DNA from: an uncultured Candidatus Binatia bacterium
GTDB taxonomy: Bacteria > Desulfobacterota > Binatia > Bin18
DNA length: 64,000 nucleotides
NCBI GenBank assembly: GCA_965214605.1
Contig: OZ243961.1
Span: 3,232,001-3,296,000 of the forward strand
Direction: 5' to 3'
Below, one piece after another: positions 9,169 through 18,305 of the stretch. A program made the position numbers and the translations under genes. The notes beneath the pieces were generated by a model. That model did no database searches. It saw only the letters and a list, made by a program, of their open reading frames with translations, and was not told the DNA's origin. The first letter of the stretch is position 1. Each line of letters starts with the position of its first letter.

Positions 9169-10731
9169 GTGCCGCTGCTGCTGTTGCGGCTTGCGCTGTC
9201 AACCGTGCTCGTGTTCGGCAACAACGACTGGGGCCGCCTCTACCGGCCTGGACTGCACGATGGCGTCACGGTGGATTACCTGACGGTGGCCGTAAATCTG
9301 TCCCCGGCGCACAATTTCGTGGGCTTCTTCCGGCAACTCCTGACGGCCGACGGCACGCTTACCTACTGAGCCCTATAAGTCGGTTCCCCCTTGGAGGCTA
9401 CCTGCTGCTCAAGCTGGCCATGCTGCCGTTTGCCGTGGACCTGTCGGGCCAAATCTATGCCGCCCGGCTCGTGATGCTGGGGGGCTTCGCGGGCGGCGCC
9501 GTGCTGGCCTACCTGTCCCGGCTTACGGGCCAGCGGTGGATTGCGCTGACCGCGACGCTCCTGCCGTTTTCGTCGTTTTATTTCCTCTACTGCTAACGAT
9601 ATGGTGTGCACCAAGGTGGGGATGGACCTCACCGGCGTGCTGCTGACTTTCCACGGCATGGTGTTTTTCGTCCAAGAAGGGCGCTTCCGGCAGTTGCTGG
9701 TCAAGACGTGTCTAGCGCTGCTGATCGGGTGGCATGTCTGCGCCCTGCTCCTGCCGTTCATCGGGCTGGGCGTGGTGCGGGAGGCGTGGACGGTGCGCGC
9801 TAGGACCGGCCGGGGGGGGGGGTACGCCGGCCGTTACTGCAGGACTCTCTAGTCGGTATCTGAGACTGGGGGCCGTGGCGTTCTTTTTTGGCCTGACGCT
9901 CCTCACAGGTAATCTTGTCAATGAATACAATACTGGACACTGAACGGCGAGACCCGCTTGACGGAACTGCCATCCTTCAGATCCGCACGGGATGACTGGA
10001 CTTGGACGCCACCTTATAGAGCTCGCTTGGCTAACGATGGCTTGGCTAACGAGGTCGCCTGGCCGCACTTTCTGGAATATCAGTTCCACCGCCTTGGCCG
10101 TCAGTCTGTTCCCTACGCCGTGTCTGCCGCCGTAGACATCGGCAGATGGCCGACGAGTCCCTTTCCGTCGCGGGGCATCCTCATCGCCGTGGTTATGTGT
10201 GCCGGGTGTCTGCTTGGGCTGGGGATTGTTCGCCACAAGCTGCTGGTAGCGACCCTCTTCCTGTTCGGCTTCTGTTGGGCGCTGCCGATGCGCTACAACG
10301 CGGCTTTCTACGAATACGAAGCCCTGTTCTACACCGGCATTCCGCTGCTGTTCTTCTCGCTGGCCTTGCAGGCCCTCCACCGGCTGGGCGGCAGCCGGCT
10401 CATAGTCGGCCTAGCTTGGGGGGCGTTGGGGATCTTCGTCTTTTCTGTCGTCTGGATGGCTGCGTTCGGCCCCACGGCTGAGGCGGCCGCTTTCCAGCGG
10501 GCGGTGATGGCTGACTTCAAGGTAGTTCGCCACCTGACGACCGGGAAGACGGTCTTCGTACCCAAAGCCCGGCCCGGTCTGGAAACCGAGCTGGAGTTGT
10601 TCTACCTCGCGGGCCGCGTCTTTGTCGCTAAGCCCGCGCAGGGCTTGGCCGACTTCGTGGTGAGTGCGACGCGTAAGCCCGGCCCGACCCTCCTGACGCC
10701 AGCAAGCCGCTATATATTCCTTTACGCCTAG
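9169..10731 (+). pseudogene. Fragmented multi-TM membrane protein, probable GT-C glycosyltransferase-like
   Basis: Hydrophobic pieces in shifting frames (9169-9369, ~9370-9600 RFPLGGYLLLKLAMLPF, 9601-9852, 9958-10731) read as one protein; G11 tract 9812-9822; 15-bp tandem duplication ~10025-10054. Confidence 0.65.
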
Positions 10732-10790
10732 TCAAGCCGAGTATAATGAGATGGTTGGGGCCGGACAGAGCTTCCAACCCCCTCCGCATG

Positions 10791-10829
10791 CGGGGGCTCG
10801 CTGAGCCGGGAGTCCACGCCCGGTGGGCC
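10791..10829 (+). repeat. Direct repeat copy 1 (35/39 identical to 14801-14839)
   Basis: CGGGGGCTCGCTGAGCCGGGAGTCCACGCCCGGTGGGCC; patchy similarity extends over ~10740-10885. Confidence 0.85.
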
Positions 10830-10894
10830 GTCAGTTGGCCTGCTCGGCTCTGTCAAGTCAGCGTCCCGGCCGGCCGTTGTGGATCGTGCCGTAC

Positions 10895-11003
10895 ATCGCC
10901 CTGGTGTTTCTTGGCGGCGTCCAACTCGTGCTGATAGGCGTACTTGGTGAATACGTGGTGTATCTCCGGCGAGGTAAAGTGCCGCCCGCTTTTTTTAAGG
11001 AAC
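10895..11003 (+). pseudogene. C-terminal fragment of a GtrB/ArnC-like polyprenol-phosphate glycosyltransferase (GT2)
   Basis: LVFLGGVQLVLIGVLGEYV followed, in a shifted frame, by ISGEVKCRPLF; matches the GtrB tail FLGGVQL..LG.LGEY.GRIY.EVK.RP. Confidence 0.65.
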
Positions 11004-11269
11004 GGTTGGGTGGGCCCCCAAGCCGGTTCCCAGCGCTGTTCGGCAAAGTGGTGGATCGCTTGTTGACCGCGCTTTCGGCCTCTCCCTCGCCCGCCAAGGC
11101 CACTGTGGCGGGCCGCCGTTTCCTGCTCATGCGGCGCTGGTCAAAGGCCGTTTCCAGTCAGCTCCATAAGGAAAGGGGAGGGCTATATCCCCCATGTCCA
11201 CATGTTGCCTCGACCGCTTGACGTTGTTTCCGGCCGCGCGCAGCCGCCGACTCTGGCGGCTGCCGGGCT

Positions 11270-11985
11270 GTGGCGCTGTATGGGTGGACAACCGCGCAAG
11301 TCGTCGTCGGTGCGCTTCACATCCGTTGGGCGAACACCGGGGTCCTGGACAGGGGCTATAGTAGGCCCCGCTGGGTACATTCCGAGATCCTGCGCTACCT
11401 GCAGGCCCATCCTCTCAACGGGCTCGTGTACAGCAACGAAACCACACTCACGTATCTGCACAATACCGACACCGCGACCTATTGCTGGATGCCCAGAAGT
11501 CATCCGCCTGGCGATATCCTCAGCACCCCTGCGGCTCCCGGGAGCAAGGAGCGGTTGGGCAGGTGGCTGGAAAAAGTGCCGAACGGCACCTGGGTAATGT
11601 GGTTCAACAGCTGGTGGAACCTGAAAACGTTCGACTACAGGGCCGCTGACCTACGCGTCTCTCTGGACTTGGAGGTCGTGGCGGTGTTGGCCGACGGCGC
11701 CCTCTTCCAAGTCACCCGGGGCTCCCGGCCCGCGCACCCCTATCGGGCCGCGTACGCGGCCCTCGTCACCAGCACGCCGGCCATCCGTTCCACCTTCGAC
11801 CTCTATCGCCATAGCACCACGCCGACCTATCTCAAGGCGCCCTGTACGGCAGCGGACGTGCAAACACGCTTCTTCCGACACCTCTTCCCTGCAGCCTCAC
11901 GGAGCTCACCGGAAGGAGGCTGGTTTCGAGGGCCAGGCTTTTGCTTTCTCGGACTACGGCGTCCTCCTAGACAACACGGGCCAGG
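11270..11985 (+). pseudogene. C-terminal half of a GT-C-like membrane protein with the repeated YRAAY...K.PC...RFF.H..P domain
   Basis: No N-terminal TM region; frameshift near 11900, continuing as RKEAGFEGQAFAFSDYGVLLDN. Confidence 0.55.
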
Positions 11986-12011
11986 CTGCCGGGAGGGCCC
12001 TGCTCACCATC

Positions 12012-14155
12012 GTGACGCTTGGCAAGGGAGAGGGGACCCGCAGCCAAGCGGCCCTCGTGCGGGCTGCCGGCACCAGGCCCGCAGCCGCTTCCCTGTTGAC
12101 GCAAAGGCGGGCAGCGGGTAGCCTGCCCCGGTGTCCGCATCCCACTGCCTCCAGCACGCGCGCCTTGCCCCGCTGGCGGCGCCTCCCGTTCTGGGCCCTG
12201 GCGCTGATGGGAGGCGTGCTGTTCGCCGGCGTCGGGGTGGCGGTGCTGGACGACTACGGCGTCGGAGCGGATGAGTTCGCCGAGCGCCGCACGGCCCGCG
12301 CCACCCTGGCCTATATCTCGGGTGCGGCTCCCGAGATCGCCACCAAGAAAAGCCACGAGCGCTTCTACGGCATGGCCTTCCAACTGCCGGTGCTGCTGCT
12401 TGAGCAGGCGCTGGGCCTGGACGACAGCCGGCACATCCTCCTCCTGCGCCATCTGCTGACCCACCTGGTCTTTGTGGCCGGCGGCGTGTGTTGCGGCGGG
12501 CTCGTCTTCCGGCTGTACGGCCGCCGCCTGCCGGCCCTGGTCGCCCTGCTGCTTTTTCTCCTCCATCCCCGGCTCTACGCCCATTCTTTCTTTAACCCGA
12601 AGGACATTCCCTTCCTGGTGCTGGTCATGGTGGCGTTGGCGCTCACCCACCGGGCCTGCCGGAAGGACACGCTGGGCGCTTTCGCCCTGTGTGGCCTGAG
12701 TGTGGGGCTGGCCATCAATCTGCGGATCTTTGGCTGGATGTTGGTGCCGGCGGTCCTTGCCCTGCGGGCCGTGGACGCCTTCCTCGCCCCCCCCCCCCCC
12801 CCCCCCCCCGCAGCGCCGCCACATCTTTCTGACCAGTGTGGCCTTCGTGGCCGCCGCGGGCGTGACCGTGTACGCCACGTTACCGGTGTTGTGGGCCAAT
12901 CCGCTCCGCCTGCTGGACGCCGTGACGACGCTTGCGCAGCTCCCGGTCCGCACCGAGCTGTTCCAGGGGCAGCTGGTCCGGTTGGATCCCCTACCGTGGG
13001 CGTACCTGCCGACCTGGTTTGGCCTCACCGCCCCCCCGCTGACCCTGCTCCTGGGGGGGATCGGGATCGGGAGGCTCTGCTGGCAGGGCCTCCGCCACCC
13101 CCGCCGGCTGCTGCGTGATGGGGAGGGGCGTTTCGGCCTGCTGCTACTGGGCTGTCTGGTGGGGCCGGTGGGGGTGGTGCTCGTCTTGGAGGCCCACACC
13201 TACAATGGCTGGCGCCACCTGTACTTTCTGTGGGCTCCGTTCTGTGTGCTGGCGGCGATGGGCCTGCAGGCGCTGCATGGGCCCGCACGGGGGCCGGCCG
13301 GCGTGGTGGCGCCGGGCGACCGTGTCTGGCGGCGTCGGGCTGGGCCTGGCCGCGGTGGTGGGGGCGATGGTCTCGCTCCACCCGCACCAACAGGTCTATT
13401 TCAACGTCCTGGGGACTCGCACGCCGCCGGGGCAGCGGTACGATATGGACTATTGGCAGGTGGCGTACCGGCAGGGCCTGGAATATCTGCGCGCCCGCTT
13501 CCCCGCCGCCACGTTGTATGTGCAGCACGACGGCCCGGCGCGGGGCGTCGTGCGGAACCGGGCGATCCTGCCCGCGGCGGACCGGGCGCACCTTGTGGTG
13601 ACGGATGATGAGCGGGCCGAGTTTTTCTTCTACGAGGGCGCCCCCTGGGGGCTGTCCTCACAGGGCCTCCCCGCGGTTCCCGCCCGCCCTTCCTGGCAGG
13701 CCTATGGCAGTCCCCTGCTGACTATTGTGGCGCCTCACCTGGTGTGGGGCGCCGGCCGGCGGCCGACGGCAGCGGCCTACCGGGCGGCCTACCAGGCGGT
13801 CGTGGCCGCCGGCCCCCCGGTGGCCCGGGCGCCGTGGGCCCTCTCTCTCCACAACGGGGCGCTCTATTACATCAAAGAGGCGTGCCGGCCGGCCGAGACC
13901 GCTGCCCGGTTCTTTCTGCACCTGGTGCCGGTGGCCGAGGCCGATCTCCCGCAGCACCGACGTCCGCATGGGTTTGCCACGCGGGACTTCGTTTTTGCCT
14001 GGTGGGGGAGGCGCGTTGACGGCCGGTGCCTGGCCCAAGTGCCCCTCCCGTCCTACCCGATCGCCCGGATTAAGACCGGGCAGGTCAGGGTCGGTACAAG
14101 GCTGTGGGCAGTCGAGGTTCCCGTCGGCCAGGAGCCGCCTGCGCCGCCGGGTTGA
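12012..14155 (+). pseudogene. GT-C (ArnT/PMT-like) membrane glycosyltransferase split by two +1 frameshifts
   Basis: DDYGVGADE first-loop motif, LHPRLYAHSFFNPKDIPF, YNGWRHLYFLWAP, HPHQQVYFN, DMDYW; frames 12012, 12700 and 13115 join at the C23 tract and near G5 13289-13293. Confidence 0.75.
12787..12809 (+). repeat. C23 homopolymer tract
   Basis: 23 consecutive C, exactly at a frame junction. Confidence 0.9.
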
Positions 14156-14295
14156 CCGGGGACGACGGCTCCCCCGCCCGCCCGGTCCGTTGATCCTCAT
14201 GAGAGCCTCTGTCGCTTCACCCCCCGCCCGCTGTCGGCCCACCGGGCTTCCCCTGCTGGGGGCCTCGCAGGCTGGCACGCCAGCTCACCTCTGGG

Positions 14296-14700
14296 GTGGC
14301 GTTGTACGTAGACGCAATCACCGACAGTGCTGTGGTTGAATATTCTCTGGGAATGGGGGTAGGGCGCCCTGCCCCTGGAGGGCTGGCTGCTCCTCGCGCT
14401 GGTGACACTCACTACCACGCTCCTCCCGCTTCGCGCCCTGTTCTCATTCGTGCCTCCTCGACGAGGAGACTCCCCGGGTCGTAGCGGTCCTGCTGCATAT
14501 TCGACGGGTTTGCCCTGGTGTATCCTGGGCTGCTCCTCGTGGCCCTCATGCTGGGGCGGACATATTTCGGCATTCATGTCAGGTACTTGACCCCGCTCTA
14601 TATTCCCCTCCTCGTCGTAGGGGGAGGCGTGCTCGACCGCTTCCTCCGCTCTGAAAGGCTTTTTAAGATACAATGGGACTCTCCACGCATTTCCGCCTAG
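14296..14700 (+). pseudogene. Internal fragment of a GT-C-like membrane protein
   Basis: Hydrophobic YPGLLLVALMLGRTYFGIHVRYLTPLYIPLLVVGGGVLDRFL with the RY..P motif; broken frames. Confidence 0.5.
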
Positions 14701-14800
14701 TGGATGCGGTGGCGACACTCTTCCAACACCCGACTCTAGTTTCCAACTTGTTCCTATGATAGAGGGACCGGAGCAGAGGGGGGCAGTGCGGCCTTGAGTA

Positions 14801-14839
14801 CGGAGGCACGCTGAGCCGGGAGTCCGCGCCTGGTGGGCC
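14801..14839 (+). repeat. Direct repeat copy 2 (see 10791-10829)
   Basis: CGGAGGCACGCTGAGCCGGGAGTCCGCGCCTGGTGGGCC. Confidence 0.85.
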
Positions 14840-14955
14840 CGTTCCGCCAAGGCGACGTCCCGTCCAGCCACCGTGGTTCACCGGCGCACTGTCCAGAATG
14901 CCGGTGGACGACTGCGACCTGCAGCCTTTGCGGATTGGCTGGAATACTGGGGACC

Positions 14956-16056
14956 ATGGATCAAACGAGTCAGTTCGGCTCTTCCTATGCTGGCGCCGGC
15001 GTGGACAGTGCCAAGGCCGACAACGGTCTCAGCCGTTTACGTACCTGGATCGAGAAGACCTTTGCCTTCAATCCTCAGGCACGCCCGCATTTGCCGCTGG
15101 GCTATTTTGCCAACGTGGTCCGTCTTGAGGACCTCAACTTGGGGATTGGGTTTACCACCGACGGGGTTGGCACCAAGCTCTTGGTGGCCGAACTGCTGGA
15201 GAGATACGACACGGTCGGCATTGATTGCATCGCCATGAACGTCAACGACCTGCTGTGCGTTGGCGCTAGTCCAGTCTCTTTTGTTGACTATCTGGCCGTC
15301 GAAGAGGTTCAGCCGGACATGCTTGACGCCCTTGGTAAAGGCTTGCACCGCGGGGCCGAACTGGCCAGGATCAGTATCGCCGGAGGAGAAATCGCCCAAC
15401 TACGAGAGATGATCCGTGGTGCCCAGGTCGGCACCGGCTTTGACCTGGCCGGTGCCGCGATCGGCACGGTAGCGCTCGACCATCTGATTATCGGCCAAGA
15501 TGTCGAGCCTGGAGATGCCCTGGTCGGCTTGGCCAGTAGTGGCATTCACAGCAATGGTCTGACCCTGGCCCGCCGGGTGCTGGAGGCCGATACGCCGTCT
15601 AGTCTGGACCGTCATCTGCCCGAGTGTGGCCGAACGGTGGGCGAGGAGTTGCTTGAACCGACCCGGATCTACGTGCCCGAAGTCGGCGCCCTGCTAGCGG
15701 CCGATACGCAGGTCAAGGCGCTGATGCACATTACCGGTGACGGGTTTCTGAACCTGAGAAGGCTTGCCGCGCCCGTTGGCTTTCGAATTGAAGCGCTGCC
15801 CGAGCCGCCGCCCATTTTTACGGTCCTCCAAGACCTGGGCAAGCTGAGCGATGCTGAGATGTTCCAGGTCTATAATATGGGCGTTGGGCTATGCGTGGTC
15901 GTGCCCGAGACGGAGGTGGATCATACCATCGCCGTCGCTACTCAGCACGGGAGCCGCGCCTGGCGGCTTGGTACGGCGATTGCCTCAGCCCGGCGCACAA
16001 TCAGTATTGAGCCTCGTCGCTTGACCAGTCGAGATGGGCAGTTTGTGCGGAGCTGA
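14956..16056 (+). CDS. purM: Phosphoribosylformylglycinamidine cyclo-ligase (AIR synthetase)
   Basis: YAGAGVD, TDGVGTK, AMNVND, GGEIA, SSGIHSNG, HITGDG, YNMGVG; start re-called to ATG 14956. Confidence 0.96.
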   Translation: MDQTSQFGSSYAGAGVDSAKADNGLSRLRTWIEKTFAFNPQARPHLPLGYFANVVRLEDLNLGIGFTTDGVGTKLLVAELLERYDTVGIDCIAMNVNDLLCVGASPVSFVDYLAVEEVQPDMLDALGKGLHRGAELARISIAGGEIAQLREMIRGAQVGTGFDLAGAAIGTVALDHLIIGQDVEPGDALVGLASSGIHSNGLTLARRVLEADTPSSLDRHLPECGRTVGEELLEPTRIYVPEVGALLAADTQVKALMHITGDGFLNLRRLAAPVGFRIEALPEPPPIFTVLQDLGKLSDAEMFQVYNMGVGLCVVVPETEVDHTIAVATQHGSRAWRLGTAIASARRTISIEPRRLTSRDGQFVRS

Positions 16057-16062
16057 CAAACA

Positions 16063-16428
16063 ATGCCACCTAATTTAGACGCGCTCAATAGAACCTCGCT
16101 GTTGGTGCTGACCGTCAGAGGCCGCAAGACGAACCGGCCGTATACAGTGCAGGTGTGGTTTGCGGTCGGCCGGGACAAGATTTATGTCACCTCGGGCCGG
16201 GGCTCGAACGCAAGTTGGGTGAAAAATCTGCGCCACAACCCTGATGTAGAACTGCAAATCGGCACCACCCGGCTGCGTGGAAGAGGGGCCTGGCTTGACC
16301 CGGCAACGGTCGAAAGCGAGGTATTGCCGCGCTTTTTCCGTAAATACCGGCTGGCCCGTCTTCTGGGCTGGGTCGGCGTCTGGTACAGGGAAAAATTCGC
16401 CTTTGCCATCACCCCGCTTGACCATTAG
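16063..16428 (+). CDS. Deazaflavin (F420)-dependent nitroreductase family protein (Ddn-like)
   Basis: LTVRGRKTNRP and WVKNLRHNPDV motifs. Confidence 0.8.
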   Translation: MPPNLDALNRTSLLVLTVRGRKTNRPYTVQVWFAVGRDKIYVTSGRGSNASWVKNLRHNPDVELQIGTTRLRGRGAWLDPATVESEVLPRFFRKYRLARLLGWVGVWYREKFAFAITPLDH

Positions 16429-17117
16429 GCGGTCAGGCGATCCAAGCGGTGGTAAAAATCCAGCAGGGCCGGAAAGCGTTCAAGCGCGGCTTTGGTCTCG
16501 GGCGAGACCTTGGCGCGTAAAAAACTGAGTTGGCCAAAGATTGCCAAATCGGCCATGCTCGGCCGCTCAACACCTAAAAAGAACGGTCCGTGTCCTAAGA
16601 CGGCCACCAGGTTGGCCAGGTGGCCGTCGAGTTCGGCCTGGAGGACCTCAATGGGGAGCCGACCCGTTCCCTGAGCCCGAACCTGAGCGGCGATCAGGCG
16701 CGGCACCACCATCCGTACCAGCGGCCGTGCCAGGAGCGGCATGTTTTGCTGAACGAGCCGAACCGTACGGACGACGTTGGCCGGAATCGTCCAACGAAAC
16801 GCCATGCCGTACCAGTACAGCGACTCATCCGCCCAGTCTTCGAGTAGCTGCTGGTGGACCGCCACGGACGGATCTGAGTCCAGGAGAGGAGGGGTTGGCT
16901 TGTAGACGTTTAGCGCCCGTAGGATCAGGGTCGAATCGAACAGGCGTTGGCCGTCTAAATCAAGCGCCGGCATTTTGCCGGTGGTCGGGTTGTGGCGGCG
17001 AATATCCCGGAGCAGGCGTGGCTGCTGGAGCTGGAACGGGAGCCCTTTGAGCAGCAGCCCGCGATAGACCTTCTCCACAAAGGGCGAGGTCCGCACCCCG
17101 TACAGAATAATCGCCAT
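16425..17117 (-). CDS. Glutathione S-transferase family protein
   Basis: SPFVEKV, NPTTGKMP, LFDSTLI, WADE, PSMADLAIFGQL; start re-called to ATG 17117. Confidence 0.85.
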   Translation of the reverse strand: MAIILYGVRTSPFVEKVYRGLLLKGLPFQLQQPRLLRDIRRHNPTTGKMPALDLDGQRLFDSTLILRALNVYKPTPPLLDSDPSVAVHQQLLEDWADESLYWYGMAFRWTIPANVVRTVRLVQQNMPLLARPLVRMVVPRLIAAQVRAQGTGRLPIEVLQAELDGHLANLVAVLGHGPFFLGVERPSMADLAIFGQLSFLRAKVSPETKAALERFPALLDFYHRLDRLTA

Positions 17118-17125
17118 ACTCGGTC

Positions 17126-18280
17126 CTAGTCGCGCAACCCGCGGAAAAAGGCCCGGATATCGTCGATCAGCAGGTCCGGTTTTTCCATGGCCGCAAAATG
17201 TCCGCCGGCCGGCATGGTCGTCCAGTGGGTGACATTGTAGGCACGTTCGGCCCACTCGCGCGGCGGCCGGGCGAGCTCTTTGGGAAACGCGGCAATGCCG
17301 GTCGGGACACTCACCCGCTCATCTCGCCCCAGCCGCCATGGGTGGTGGCGTTCCTCGTAATACAGGCGGGTTGACGAATGAATCGTCTGGGTCAGCCAGT
17401 AAATCATAACATTGGTCAACAGTTGGTCTTTGGTATAGGACCGCTCGGGGTCGCCTCCACAGTCGCTCCAGGTCCGAAACTTCTCTACAATCCAGGCGCA
17501 CAGGCCAACCGGAGAATCGTTCAGCCCAAAGGCCAAGGTCTGGGGTTTGGTCCCCTGAATACCTTGGTAGCCGGTTTCTTCACGTCGCCAGTCGTCCATC
17601 TCTTTGAGCCAGGCTTGCTCGGCCTCAGACAAATTTTGGCGGTTGGCCGGGTGGGGGGCGAGGCCGACCATATTGAGATGGATGCCGATCAGGTTGTGGG
17701 GAGAAGCAAAGCCTAAACGGGACGTGATCATGGCCCCCCAGTCCCCGCCCTGGGCTCCGTAGCGACGATAGCCCAATACCTCGCTCATCAGCCTGGCAAA
17801 CCAGTCGGCTATGCAACTGACATTGACCCGCCGCTGCTGGGTCGGGGCCGAAAAGCCATAGCCGGGCAGTGAGGGGACGACGAGATCAAAGGCGTCGGCT
17901 GGATCTCCGCCGTGGGCCGCGGGGTCGCTGAGCGGCCCGAGCACCTCCATAAACTCATAAAACGAGCCGGGCCAGCCGTGCGAGACAATCAGCGGCAGCG
18001 GCTTGGGTCCCTTGCCTTTGATATGTATAAAGTGGACCTGTTGGCCGTCGAGGTCGACGCGAAAATGCGGCCACTGATTGATGCGCCGTTCCTGGGCGCG
18101 CCAGTCATACTCGGTCTGCCAATACTCGACGAGCTGTTTGAGATAGGCTACGTTCATCCCATAGTCCCACTCTGAGCCGGGGATTTCTCCGGCTGGCCAG
18201 CGGACCCGGTCGAGGCGCAGACGCAGATCGGTCAGCGCTGCCTCGGGAATGTCGATGCTAAAAGCTCGGGGGGTGGGCAT
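17126..18280 (-). CDS. Epoxide hydrolase (EHN N-terminal domain + alpha/beta hydrolase)
   Basis: HGWPGSFYEF, PSLPGYGFS, QGGDWG, GGHFAAMEKP. Confidence 0.93.
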   Translation of the reverse strand: MPTPRAFSIDIPEAALTDLRLRLDRVRWPAGEIPGSEWDYGMNVAYLKQLVEYWQTEYDWRAQERRINQWPHFRVDLDGQQVHFIHIKGKGPKPLPLIVSHGWPGSFYEFMEVLGPLSDPAAHGGDPADAFDLVVPSLPGYGFSAPTQQRRVNVSCIADWFARLMSEVLGYRRYGAQGGDWGAMITSRLGFASPHNLIGIHLNMVGLAPHPANRQNLSEAEQAWLKEMDDWRREETGYQGIQGTKPQTLAFGLNDSPVGLCAWIVEKFRTWSDCGGDPERSYTKDQLLTNVMIYWLTQTIHSSTRLYYEERHHPWRLGRDERVSVPTGIAAFPKELARPPREWAERAYNVTHWTTMPAGGHFAAMEKPDLLIDDIRAFFRGLRD

Positions 18281-18305
18281 GGGTTTCTCCTTATATTTTC
18301 ATATT

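Noticed and set aside
11967-13199. 410-aa minus-strand ORF with a poly-Gly stretch
   Set aside because: Antisense shadow of the GC-rich GT-C gene; the poly-Gly is just the C23 tract
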